DNA from: Mobula hypostoma | Lineage: Eukaryota | Direction: 5' to 3' | Assembly (NCBI RefSeq): GCF_963921235.1 | Contig: NC_086108.1 | Coordinates: 67,768,001-67,832,000, forward strand | Length of the DNA stretch: 64,000 bases | Shown: in pieces, positions 41,361 through 54,697 of the stretch | How positions within the stretch are numbered: the stretch's first letter is position 1 | Layout of the letters: each line of letters begins with the position of its first letter | Translations under genes and position numbers: made by a program | Notes under the pieces: generated by a model | Told to the model about the DNA's origin: nothing | The model's input: the letters and a program-made list of their open reading frames with translations, nothing else | The model's database searches: none

Positions 41361-41672
41361 TCCTCAGCCAGTTGTAATTAATTCAAATAACTTATTTTAA
41401 ACCATCTAGTGTTTACAAACATTTAGCTTCTTCAGATAAAAGTTGTATGTTAAAGAATATATTCTAAATTATACTTTTATAATCAATATAGTTTTTGGGT
41501 GAAGCACTTAAAACTATTTGCTTCTCCTTGAAAAGTAATTTCTTTAATGGACTTACTTCCATGAGCCTATCACAAATGTTATTAGGTTATCAACAAATTA
41601 CTTCCTTTTTTTTACAGTTTTTGCCAAAATTGTGCCTCCAGAAGGCCAAAGTTTTGTGCAAATTATACCATA

Positions 41673-42859
41673 TACTCAGTCTTCACTTATTGGGCACACT
41701 TGTACACCTGCTCATTAATGCAAATATTTAATTAGTTAATCATGTGGCAGTATCTCAATGCACAAAAGCATGCAGACATGGTCAAGAGATTTAGTTGTTG
41801 TTCAGACCAAATATCAGAATGGGAAAGAAGTGTGATCTAAGTGACTTTGACTATGGAATGATTGTTGGTGCCAGTTGGGTTGATTTGAGTTTCTCAGAAA
41901 TTGCTGATTTCCCAGAATTTTCATGCACAACAGCTTCTAGAGTTCACAGAGAATGGTGCAAAAAACAAAAAGACATCCAGTTCGGTGGACAAAAATTCCT
42001 TGTCAATGAGGGAGTCGGAGGAAAATGGCCAAACTGGTTCAAGATTCAAAACTGTTTATTGTCATTTCCAGAATGCATGTGTAAAAGAAAACAAAATAAT
42101 TGTTACTGCAGATGTGATACAGCAGGGAAAACACATTAAATGTAAATACATAAGGTAACTTAAATACATAGGTGGATAGTATGTTCATAAAGTGATGCTA
42201 GGCACAGGAGTATCTGTACATAAGGTGACTCTGACAAGAAATGTGGTGGTTGGGGGTGTGGAGGGGTCAATTAGTGGGTGGAGGTGTTGATCAGCCTTAC
42301 TGCTTGGGGAAACTAACTGGTGTGAGTCTGATGGTCCTGGAGTGGATGTTACATAGCCTCCTCCTGGATGGGAGTGGGGCAAACAGTCCATGAACAGGGT
42401 GAGTAGTGTCCTCTATGATGTCACTGGCCCTTTTCTTGCACCCTTCTGTATACACATATACATACAGAATTGCGGGTAGGCTGGTGCCAATGATACATTG
42501 GACAGTTTGCCTACTTGTTGTGGAGCCTTCCTGTATTGCGGGTAGACTGGTGCCAATGATACATTGGACAGTTTGCCTACTTGTTGTGGAGCCTTCCAGT
42601 GGTGCTTCCACGCTATGCAGTGATGCAGCAGGTTAGGATGCTCTCTACTGCACATCCGTAGAAGGATAAGAATATAGATGTGCATCAAGCTGACAGGAAG
42701 GTGACAGTAACTCAAATAACCATGTGCTACAGCAGTGGTTTGCAGAAGAGCACATCGAATCTTGAAGTGGATGGGCTACAGCAGCAGAAGACCATGAACA
42801 TACAAATAGTGGCCACATTATTAGGTACAGGAGGTACCTAATAAAGTGGCCACTGAATG
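41673..42859 (+). mobile_element. Non-autonomous Tc1-like DNA transposon, interrupted by a LINE fragment (~42040-42685)
   Basis: MGKKCDLSDFDYGMIVGA..SFSEIADF..SRVHREW helix-turn-helix N-terminus; TIR related to CACTCAGTGGCCACTTTATTAGGTAC; TA at both flanks. Confidence 0.8.
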
Positions 42860-44249
42860 TAAGACATTCTTTAAGAGAATATTTTCCTCTCAGGCACTGA
42901 AGCAACCACATCTGTTAGATTTGCCATTTTAGGATGGAAATTTCCACCAGTAGATCTATCCCAAGGGAATAATAAAATAAAAAGTAGCTGCATTTATCAT
43001 CCACAACTGCTAAAATTCATTTTAAATAAAAAGGTATCATGGATTATATAGTGTTGTTTCAGGGTGTTTTTTATTATTATGTTATAATGTGTGATATGAT
43101 TTTTGTGTCATAGAATAACTTTCTCAATTTATTTTCCGAAGGAAACAAGATCTCTCAGCATACGGCAATGACTGTGACAAAATTCAACTCTGATCTTCTT
43201 GAAACACGTGATATCAATTAAAGCAAACCATTTCAGATGGAAGAAATGTATAATAGTGAAGAATCTTATGGTTCCATTTAAGTATATTCAAATGAAGTCA
43301 TGTTATAAATGAACTGCAATAAATATTTAAGCTGAGACAAATCAATTCATGTGACGTACAAAAGCTTGTGAATGTAGCATTCGTTCACTCAATCTCTAAA
43401 ATGCTTGTTTGCAAAGGAATGTGCATTAAGAGCTAACAATGCACTGAGATATATACAAGTTGTTATTATGCCTTTGAAAATGTGCTGAAATTATTTTTTA
43501 AAGGCAAATAATATTGCATTCACTTAGATAAAACATCAACCACAAGAGGTAATCTTTTGTGTGTTTATTAACTTCTATGCCACAAGTAAATTCTGGAAAT
43601 ACACAGGGAGCAATTTTACTGGAGACCTTGACAAGTGGGGCAATGGGCTGAGGGAGACATTTTCAGTATAAAGCCAGGGAAATTTTAATCGTATGATTGC
43701 CTCCAGTCCAAATCCTATCATTTATCTATATAACCGATTTTTATTTCAACTTTTCAGCACTTGTAGATTCACAATTTCAAAATTTGATTTTTTGCTTGTG
43801 AGTATGTGGGGGGGAGGGGGAAGGAGTGTGTGTGTGTGTGTGGGGTGGGGGGAAGTTGCAGAAATAGATGTTGGTAATTTTCTTCAGAGCTTCTCTTATT
43901 CTGTTTTAAATGAGTTTTGGACCAAGTTAATGTACTGAATAGGAGAACCCAGAGCATTACAGAGTCTTTTTCCTCATAAATTTTCAAACTGTCCTTGTTT
44001 AAATTTTAAAAATATGTTCTCCATGAAGAAAATCAAATGTAATTCCTCTGTTCAAAAATGGATAAAGACAGAAAGCAGGAACTACAGGCTGCTAGGCATG
44101 GGGAAAAATACTGTTAAAGATGTTAGAGAGCAAAACATTTAGTAAAAGCAATCGGTCAATTCAATATTGTTTCCTTAAAGGGAAATCATGTTTGACCAAC
44201 TTATTAGTGAGAAAGTAGCATGACCTGTGGATAAAGGGAAACAATTTGA

Positions 44250-46510
44250 CAATCAGAATCAGGTTTACTATCACTGGCGTACGCTGTGAAATTTTTTAAC
44301 TTAGTGACAGCAGTGCAATGCACTACATAATAACATAGAAAAAATGTGATTTACAGTAAGTATATATATCAGAACAAGAATCAGAATCAGGTTTATTATC
44401 ACTGGCATGTGACGTGAAATTTGTTAACTTAGCAGCAGCAGTTCAATGCAATATGGTACATAATCTAGCAGAGAAAAATAATAATAAATAAAATAAAAAA
44501 TAAACAAGTAAATGAATTACATATAGTGAATAGATATTAAAAATGTACAAAAACATAAATACCGTATATTTAAAAAAAAAAGTGAGGTAGTGTCCAAAGA
44601 TTCAATGTCTATTTAGGAATCAGATGGCAGAGGGGAAGAGGCTGTTCCTGAATCGCTGAGTGTGTGCCTTCAAGCTTCTGTACCTCCTACCTGATGGTAA
44701 AAGTGAGAAAAGGGCATGCCCTGGGTGCTGGAGGTCCTTAATAATGGACACTGTCTTTCTGAAGATGACCTGGGTACTTTGTAGGCTAGTACCCAACATG
44801 GAGCTGACTAGATTTACAACCCTCTGCAGCTTCGTTCAGTCCTGTGCAGTAGCCCCTCTATACCAGCAGACAGTGATGCAGCCTGTCAGAATGCTCTCCA
44901 CAGTACAACTACAGAAGTTTTTGAGTGTATTTGTTGACATGCCAAATCTCTTTAAACTCCTCATAAAGTATAGCCGCTGTCTTGTCTTCTTTATAACTAC
45001 ATGGATATGTTGGGACCAGGTTAGATCCTCACAGGTCTTGACACCCAGGAACATGTTAAAGGACCTCAGTCTCCTCAGGAAATAGAGACGGCTCTGACCC
45101 TTCTTGTAGACAGCCTCAGTGTTCTTTGACCAGTCCAGTTTATTGTCAATTCGTATCCCCAGGTATTTGTAATCCTCCACCATGTCCACACTGACCCCCT
45201 GGATGGAAACAGGGGTCACCGGTGCCTTAGCCCTCCTCAGGTCTACCACCAGCTCTTTAGTCTTTTCCACATTAAGCTGCAGATAATTCTGCTCACACCA
45301 TGTGACAAAGTTTCCTACAGTAGCCCTGTACTCAGCTTCATCTCCCTTGCTGATGCATCCAACTATGGCAGAGTCATCAGTAAACTTCTGAAGATGACAA
45401 GACTCTGTGCAGTGGTTGAAGTCCGAGGTGTAAATGGTAAAGAGAAAGGGAGACAAGACAAGACAGTCCCCTGTGGAGTCCCAGTGCTGCTGATCACTCT
45501 GTCGGACACACAGTGTTGCAAGCACATGTACTGTGGTCTGCCAGTCAGGTAATCAAGAATCCATGACACCAGGAAAGCATCCACCTGCATCGCTGTCAGC
45601 TTCTCCCCCAGCAGAGCAGGGCAGATGGTGTTGAATGTACTGGAGAAGTCTTCTTTGGCATTGGTATAACTGTTGCCTTTTTGAAGCAAGTGGGAACTTC
45701 CACCCAGAGCAGTGAGAGGTTGAAAATGTCCTTGAATACTCCCGCTAGTTGGTTGGTACAAGTTTTCAGAGCCTAACCAGGTACTCCATCGAGACCTTCT
45801 GTCTTGTGGGGGTTCACTCTCTTTAAAGACAGCCTAACATCGGCCTCTGAGGCAGAGAGCACAGGGTCATCAGGTGTAGCAGGGATCTTCACAGCTGTAG
45901 TTGTGTTCTCCCTTTCAAAGTGTGCATAGAAGGCGTTGAGTTCATCTGGTAGTGAAGCATTGCTGCCTTTCATGCTACTGGGTTTTGCTTTGTAGGAAGT
46001 AATGTCTATATATATATATAAGTGTGTTTGTTTGTTTGTGTGTGTGTGTGTGTGTATATACACATCAAATAGTTAAATTAAATAAGTAATGCTAAAACAG
46101 AAACTGGTAGTGTTCATGGTTTCAATGTCCATTCAGAAATGGCAGAGGGGATGAAGCTCTTCCTGAATCACTGAGTGTGTGCCGTCAGGCTTCTGTACCT
46201 CCTTCCTGATGGCAACAATGAGAAGAGGACATGTCCTGGGTAGTGGGGGTCCTTAATGATGGACACATTTCCTTGAAGGTACTGTATCTTGGATACTACA
46301 GAGGCTAGTGCTCATGACGGAGCTGACTAATATTACAACTCTCCTCAGCTTACAATGATGTGCACATAGCAGATGGCGGCAAAGCCAGTCAGAATACTCT
46401 CCATGGTACATCTGTAGAAATTTTTGAGTGTCTGAGATGACATTGCAAATCTCCTCAAACTCCTAATGCAATATAGCCGCTGTCTTGCCTCTCTATAGCT
46501 GCATAAAGAT
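44250..46510 (-). mobile_element. Nested Rex1/Babar LINEs (inner ~44370-46005) inside a split CR1 fragment
   Basis: Two AATCAGAATCAGGTTT tails; LSPFLFTIYTSD, LQKFTDDS, YKYLG, LPDELNAFYAHF; outer copy resumes at ~46065 after a TA/GT microsatellite. Confidence 0.8.
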
Positions 46511-48059
46511 GCTAGGATAGGCATATTAGAGGTTATTGCAACAAATAAAAGTTGGTGTGGGAAGTATGATATTTAAATGGATTGAAGATTAATTGGTGAG
46601 AGGAGACAAAGAGATATACATGGGTTTTCTTTAATTGACGAAATGTAATGGGAAGTTTACCAAAAGGATCAGTGATGAGCATACTATCAGATCAGCCAAG
46701 TTCTTGTAAATGATAAAGCAGGCAAGTGGCTCTTTATTCATATGTTTGTATGATCAGAGTGCCTTTAAAATTTAGTTTGCATTCTGGATCTACTGTTGAT
46801 TGGCACTGATAGCACTCAGATGCAACTAGAACAACTCAGCAGTCTAATAAATCTGACAGTCAGCAACAGAATTCCCTGCCTAGTTCCCCTTGCCTCGCTA
46901 CCGCTCTTCTTTTCATTCCCAAAAAGAACAGCTATTTAACCAAGTTCTTTCCTTGTATCTCATTATGTGGTTTGATATATCTTGACTGGTAACACACTTG
47001 CAATGTATTATGCAACTTAAATGGAAGTTACTGTTATTGTTCAACTGGCCAAAAAGATCCAATAATCATTGCAGTAGGCGGTCATTGTGCTATTGTGTCA
47101 AGCTCAGCTTTTATCTCTCTGTCACAGAAGTGACTCTGTGCTTGCACAGTCAGCAAGGGACAGAGCAGAGACCAAGGATTAATGGAAATTGATCTTTGAG
47201 TTTATTAACATTGTCAGCATGAGCTTATCCAACCATTGACTCCACTAAAATCAATGAAGAGCAAAGTCAGGTGGGATATACACTGAATCTTTAACTGAAA
47301 CTTACTGAATTGCCAGCAGAGTTAGATTAAAATAGTGGAAAAGCATGGAAGAATGGGTCATAGAAAATGGACTGATGCAAATTTCTTATTATTTTGTTTA
47401 AAGTTTCTCAAAATTTTACTTTCCTTTTCTGATTTTTTTTGTGTGACTATACATTTTTTTCCAGATTGCCGTCCTTACTAAGAATTGGCTACTGCCAAGC
47501 TAGTGCTCTATAAACAGCAGATGGTGGACTGTGAGTACAACGTACTAGATCAAGTTTCTACCTCCTTAAGATAAAGAGCCACATTTCAAAATGGGTAATG
47601 TAGTCGTCAAATATTGGTGCATGGGGAATGTGCAAGTTGCAATTTACATATTAAACATTCGTGTAGAAATATAACGATAACAATAAAAATCCCCTTGTGA
47701 AAGTCTTCATGCGTCACCAAAGGATCACTCAAAACAATTCATGAAATATGGACAGGCCTACAAAATTTATTATGAAGAGAAACATTTATGCCATAGTGTA
47801 ATACAATTTTGTGCAAAAGTACAGTTGATAAAAAAAATTTGAGGACAATGAAAGAAGTATGGGATTATCTTTCTGGCTATTCCCTGCAGGTTAGCTGCCA
47901 TACCAGCTCAGGCGATACCTGAACAGTGGCCTTCAACATGAGTGCACATTCTGGAAGTTCCACATGTGATGTGGATTTCTTATGCAGAAGAAGGCCTTCG
48001 CAGTACAAGTGAGACCTGCCTTGATGCACTTAAAGAGGTCCTGGCTCTGTAAGTCCCAA

Positions 48060-49040
48060 ACAATTGTTGTCTACATGGACAAAGTTCCACATGGGAGACT
48101 GGTCAAAAAGGTTCAGAAGTTTGCCATTCAGGATGAGATGTTAAACTAGATTTGAAACTGGCTTTGCAGGAAAAGCTCAAGAGTGGTAGTAGATGCTTGC
48201 CACTGACCAGTGGTGTGTCTCAATGTATGGTGCTGAGTCCATTGGTGTTTATCATCTATATCAATGATCTGGATGGTTATGCTGCAAATTGGATCAACAA
48301 CTTTGTGGATGACACCAAGATTAGGGGTGAAGTGGACAATGAGGAAGTCTATCAAAACTTGTAGCAGAACCTGGACCAGTTAGAAAAATGGCTGATGAAA
48401 TTTAATGCAGACAAGTGTGAAGTGTCACACTTTGGGAGGCCAAACCTGGATCGGACTTACTCAGTGAATGGTAGGGCACTGAGGAGTGTAGTAAAACAGA
48501 AGGATCTGGGAATACAGATCCATAATTTCTTGAAGGTGACATCACAGGCAGATAGGGTTATAAAGAGGGCTTTTGGCATATTGGCCTTCATGAATCAAGG
48601 CCAACGAGTACAGGAGTTGAGATGTCATGTTGAAGTTATGTAAGATGTTGGTGAGCACTAATTTGTGTGCAGTTCTGGTTCCCTATTTACAGGAAAGGTA
48701 TCAATAAAATTAAAAGAATACAGAGAAAATTTACAAGAATGTTGCAAAGCCATGAAGCCCTGAATAATAGGGAAAGGTTGAATAGGTTATGACTTTGTTC
48801 CTGAGAGTGTTAGGGAATAAAGGGAGATTTGATAGAGGTTATCAAAATCATGAAGGGTATAGATAGGATAAACACAAGCAGGCTCTTTCCATTGAGGTTG
48901 GGTGAGACTAGAACTAGAGGTATTTGGTTAAAGGTGAATAGTCAGATATTTAAGGGGAATCTGAGGGGGAACTTCCTCACTCAGAGGGTGGTATGAGTGT
49001 GGACCAAGCTGCCAGGGGAAGTGGATGATGTGGGTTCAAT
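48060..49040 (+). mobile_element. Degenerate CR1 RT fragment
   Basis: TSGVSQCMVLSP, IYINDLD, FVDDTKI, MKFNADKCEVSHFG. Confidence 0.85.
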
Positions 49041-50130
49041 TTCCTGCAAATGTGAGCTCAAGATGGCATTTACAAATAGTGTGTAAGTGCAGAAGCAAAG
49101 CTGGCCTAATCTGTGCTTGATCTCAGAGGTGTAGAGGAGGCCACATTGTATGCACTGAGTGCAATTGGCAAGGTTGAAGGAGGTGCATGTGAATCTCTGC
49201 CCCTCCTGGAAGGAGTGTTTAGGTTCAAGGATGAGGGTGAGGTTGGAGATGTAGGGACAGGTATTGGAGCTCCTATGGTTGGAGGGGTAAGTACAAGAGG
49301 ACAGGGAGGGATGAGCAAAGCAGTAAGAACGGTCACTGTCCCTGAAAGGGGTGGAGAGAGGAAGATGTCACAAGCAGTGGGATCTAGCCACAGCTGGTGG
49401 AAATAACACCATGCTGAATGCATAGGCTGAGGTGAGAAACAGAAAAGTTCTGTGCCACTTTTTTGGTGTAGGTTGGGTGAGAGCAGAGGTGTGGGAAAAG
49501 GGGGAGATGTGGGTGAGGGTTCCATCAACCACAAGGAATGGGGAGCTATGTTTCCTGTAAAAGGAGGCCATTTCAGATGTCCTGAAATGAAAAGCCTCAT
49601 TACAAGAACAAATGAAGTCGTAATGGAGAATGTCAGAGAAAGATGTGATGTACTGTACTTACAAGAGATAATGTGGGAGAATGTATAGTTAGGATAGCTG
49701 AGGGAATCAGTGGGTTTGTAGTAAATTTTGGTAAATAGTTTGTCTCCTGTTCTGGAAACAGAGATCAAGAAACAGGAGAGATGTGTCAGAAATGGTGCAA
49801 GTGAACTTGAGGGTGGGGTGGAAGTTAGTATTGAAGGTGATAAAATTGAGAAATTCCACATGAGTGCAGGAGGCAACACCAGTACAGTCATCAAAGTAGT
49901 GGGTACAGAGTTGGGTAGTGGTGCCAGAGTAGGTTTGAAAGAAGGACATTGCCAGGACAATGCAAATGCCTATAATGATACTTCTGATTTTTAGAGTGAA
50001 AGCAATCAAAACAGAGATTGTTTAGGGTGAGAAAAAGTTCTGGCAATTTCTCTTGAGTGTTAGTAGAGGGAAACTGGTTGGATTAATATTCCAGCAGCAA
50101 ATAGAGGACCCTACGAATTTCCTGACTGAT
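49040..50130 (-). mobile_element. Penelope-like element relic (RT C-terminus + GIY-YIG endonuclease)
   Basis: YFDDC, FHPTLKFT, FLDL, TKIYYKPTDSLSY, then FTCTSFNLANCTQCIQCGLLYTSEIKHRLG (degenerate GIY-YIG with CxxC). Confidence 0.8.
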
Positions 50131-50149
50131 TCATAATGTTGTATTCCTC

Positions 50150-52583
50150 CATCAATTTTCCTCCCAATCTTCTACATTCTAGAGAATAAAGTTCTAGCCT
50201 ATTCAACCTTTCCCTATAACTCAGGTCCTCTAGTCCCAGCAACATTTTTGTATTTTTTCTGCACTCTTTCAATCTAATTTACATCTTTCCTGTAGTTAGG
50301 TGACAAACTCTGAATACAAAAGTCCAAATTAGCCTTCACCAATGTTTTATACAACTTTAAGCTAACATCTCAATTCCTGTTCTCAGTACATTGACTTATG
50401 AAGACCAGTAACCCAAAAGATTTCTTTACAACCCTATCTACCTGTGATGCTACTTTCAAGAAATTATGGATCTGTATTCCCAGATCCCTCTATTTAACTG
50501 CACTCCTCTCACTTCGTAAGAACTACCCCGGCTGGTCCACCCAAAGTGTAACACTTTACACCCATCTGCATTAAATTTCAGCTGCCATTTTTCAGCCTAT
50601 TTTTCCAGCTGGTCAAGATCCTGCTACAAGCTTTGATAGTCTTTTCCACTGTTCACTACACTCCTGATCTTGGTGTCATTCACAAGTTTGTTGATCCAGT
50701 TTAACATCTAATCATCCAGATCAATGATGTACAGTAGATGACAAACAACAACAGACCCAGTACTGATCACTGCAGCACACCACGAGTCACAGGCATCCAG
50801 TCAGAGCGGCAACTATCCACTACTACTCTCTGGCTGCTTCTACAAAATCGGTGTCTAATCCAATCTACTATCTCATATTGAATGCCAGATGACTGAATCT
50901 ACTTGACCAGCTGCCCATGCAGGACCTTGTCAAAGGCCTTGCTAAAGTCCATGTAGACAATATCCACTGTCTTTCTTTCATCAACTTTCCTGGTAACTTC
51001 CTCGAAAAATTCTACAAGCTTGGTTAGACATGAACAGAGCCATGTTGACTATCCCTGATCTGTCCCTTTCTATCCAAATGCTTACATATCTGGTCCCTTA
51101 GAATATCTTCCAATGACTTCCCATGACTGATGTAAGGCTCACTGGCCTATAATGTCCTGGCTTATTCTTAGAGCCTCTTAATGTATTTTCCTCTACCACC
51201 ATAGCAGGTAGTCCATTCCAGGCATCTAATACTCTGAGTAAAAAACTTACTCCTCATATCTCCTTTGAACCTAACCCCTCTAACCTTCAATGCATACCCT
51301 CTGGTATTAGATATTTCAACCCTGGGAAACGGATACTCCCTGTCTACTCTGTTCATGCCTCTCATAATCTTGTAAACCTCTATCAGATCTCCCCTCAGTC
51401 TCCGCTGCTCCAGAGAAAACAGCCCAAGCTTATCAGCCTCTCATAAAACCCAGCAGCATCCTAGTAAACCTCTTCTGCACCCTCTCCAAAGCTTCAACAT
51501 ATTTCCTATAGTGTGTCAACCCAAACTGCATGCAGTACTCCAGATGTAACCTAAACAGTTTTATAATGTTGCAACATAATCTCTTGACTTTTGAATTTGA
51601 TGCCTCGATTAATACAACCAAAAGTGTAGCCACTTTCAAAGAGCTATGAACTTGGATCCCAAGCTCTCTCTGGTCAGCAACACTGTTAAGGATCTTCCCC
51701 TTAACAGTGTACTGTCTCCTTGCATTTGCCCTACCAAGGTGCAACACCTCACATTTATCTAGGCTAAACTCCATCTGCCATTTCACTGCCTATATCTGAA
51801 ACTGATCTATATCATATTGTATTCCTTGTCACTCTTCTACATTATCCACAACTCCACCAATCTCTGTCTCATCCGCAAACTTACTAACCCACCTATCTAC
51901 ATATTCATACAGATCATTTATATACATCACCAACTGCAGAGATCCCTACAGAATACCACTAAGTACAGAACTCCAGTTCAAATAATTCCCTTCAACCACT
52001 ACCCTCTGCCTTCTATGTGCAAGCCACGTCTGAATCCATACAGCCAAGTTGTTGCAGACCCCATGCATCTTAATCTTTTTGCTCGGCCTTCCACTAGATG
52101 CAAAGTGTTTCCTGACACAAACTTCAGTCACCTGCCCTATCTCATTCTCTACTATGTCTAGTATTGCACTCCCACCAGTTGGGACTTCCATGTACAGATT
52201 AAGGAAACTTTCCTGAAGACACTTGATGAACTCTTTCCCATCCAGCTCTTTTACAGTATGGGAGTCCCAGTCAATATGTGGAAAGTTAATATCACCTACT
52301 ATCACACCTTATGTTTCTTGCAATCTCTCTATATATTTGTTTTTCTAAATCCTGTGGACTGTTGGGTGGTCTATAATATAATCCCATTAACATGGTGTAT
52401 AGTATAATCCAATTAACATAATCATACTTTCCTTATTCCTCAGTCCTACCCATAAAGCCTCATCAGATGAGCTCTCCAGTCTGTTCTAATTGAGCTCTGC
52501 CATGATATTTTCCTTGCCGAGAATGGCCACCCCGACCCCTTTAATCCCTCCTGCTCTGTCACATCTGAAACAAGAGAACTATG
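50150..52583 (-). mobile_element. Cluster of degenerate CR1 fragments
   Basis: WQMEFSLDKCEVLHLG, RLHLEYCMQF, IVGDINFPHIDW; the EN-containing copy resumes at 55796. Confidence 0.8.
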
Positions 52584-52753
52584 TGTCATGGTCCAGTCCG
52601 TGAAGTCTGGATTCTGGTTCACAGTCTGGTCCATGTTCCTTATTCCAGGTTTTCTGGTTTTCCCCTTTTCTGTTGGGTGCTCAAATCGAGGCAGCTGATT
52701 CACATTTTGGGCTGGCTACATAAATAGCTCCTTGGTGCAGCTTCAGTTGCTGG

Positions 52754-54697
52754 TGTGCAGTTCATGGCTGGATTCCTGGGTTGTTCAGGGGAGTTGATTG
52801 TGGAGCTCACTGGAAAATGGTGGAGAGAGAGCACATCAAGGTAAGAGCCAAGCTGTTGAAGGAAGTTTTTGGTGAGAGTGGAAGTGAACTAGAGATGGAG
52901 GTTGGCAGGAAAGAGGAATGGAAAGAGGAAGTAAAGAAAGCAGAGGTATGGGATATCAAACTCTGAGGAGTCAGCAGATGATTAAAACAGGAGAGCAAAA
53001 CAATAGAAAGAAGATGAGATTAAAGCAATTATAAAACTAAGTGAAGATGGGGTGTCTTTTGGTGATTGGAACCTGATTTGTTTGATGAAGATGCTCAACA
53101 AAATTATAGGTGAGATTAAAAGAACAATGATTTTACAAAATGGATCTCTATTAGTGATTTGTTGGGATAGTGCTCAGCAAGGCAAAGTAATAAGATTAAG
53201 TAAAATAGATGGTAAAGAAGTACAATGCTCAATACCTAACGATAGAAAGTGGACTAGAGGAGTTATTTTGGGAATACCAACAAAAGTTACTATGGATGAC
53301 ATTAAAAAGAATATAAAAGCAGCAAAAATTATTAAGGCCAAATGTTTGAAAGTTACAAGAAATGAGAAAAAGTGTGATAGTTTATCGGTAATGATTAACT
53401 TTGATGAAGAGAGATTGCCGATTAATGTTTACTTTGGGTATATGTGTTATGTGGTTAGAATATATATACCACTGTCTTTAAGGTGCTATAAAATGTCAGA
53501 AATTTGGGCACATTGCAGCGGTCTGCAGAGGAAAACAAAGATGTGGGAGATGTGCTGGAGAACATGAATATGGGAAATGTGAAGCAGGAGCTAGGCTGAA
53601 ATGCTGCAATTGTGGCGAGGAACACAGCGCAGCTTATCGAGGGTGCATTTATAGCAAGAAGGTAGCTGAGATACAATATGTAAAAGTAACTCAAGGAATC
53701 AGTTATGCAGAGGCAGTGAAAGAATTTGCTGAAAAAGGGTGTCAAGCAAACAAATACCGGAAATAATAAACTGGTGAATTGTGAGGGCTGTAATACAAAA
53801 AATAAGGATACACTATTAATGAGTAGAAAGGATTTCATACTTTTTATGGTGAATTGTTCCGCGCAAACAAGCAAAAGAACTGAAAAAATTAAAATTATAG
53901 TCAAGTCTGCGGCAAAGTAGCTTGGTATTAAAGGGATTAGGTGGGAAGAAGTCAAAGAAATGCTGAATGGAGGATCCAACAGTTCACAGGCAGGGGAGAT
54001 GGAATCTTAATGGCACTATATTTATCGCAAATGGTCAAGAATTTAAGAAATGCGTTTCAGAACTTAAGGAAAAGCCTCAGATTTTATGGTTGAAGCCCAG
54101 GGTAAATGCACAGAACTCGAACAACAAATAGAAGTACTCAACAAGAACATTTGTGAGTTGGAAAGAGATTGGAAAATGGCGGAAATTATTACAAGGATAC
54201 AAAAGGAAAAGGAATTTGTTGCAAAGTGAATTATCTACATTCAGATTATAAAATGAAAACATGGAAGCAAATGGAGAAGAACTCCGAGGTCTCAGTAAAC
54301 AACTGCAGGCTACGATCCAAGAAAAGGAAAACCTGAAAAAGCAGATAGACTTGGAAAAATAGCAATTTAAAAGTATAACGTGCAATAATTACTATTCTTT
54401 AACAAGATGATTTTAGTCTTGCAAGTGATGTAGGTGAAATCGAAGTAATTGAGGTAATGCAACTACGAAAACGTGACAAAATTAGGGAAGAATGGCAGTT
54501 TGCAGCATTATCTAATGAGTGTATTAAGCAGTCACGAGGATTTGCAACTACAGAGTGATGCTAATAGAGAACTGCAGGCTGAACTAGATTGTCCAAAGTA
54601 GAGGACTCCAGGACATATTTGGTTGGAACACCACAAGTCTAGTAGGTGGCGGTAATGCACTGAAAAACTGGTTGCCAACCACCATAAAAAAAAAAGA
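52754..54697 (+). mobile_element. Nimb/I-group LINE derivative: degenerate ORF1 with three CCHC knuckles, ORF2 almost entirely missing
   Basis: RCYK/CQKFGHIAAVC, CGRCAGEHEYGKC, CCNCGEEHSAAYRGC; ORF2 stub IANGQEFKK..WLKP; A-rich tail; 15-bp TSD AGCTTCAGTTGCTGG at 52739-52753 and 54698-54712. Confidence 0.8.
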
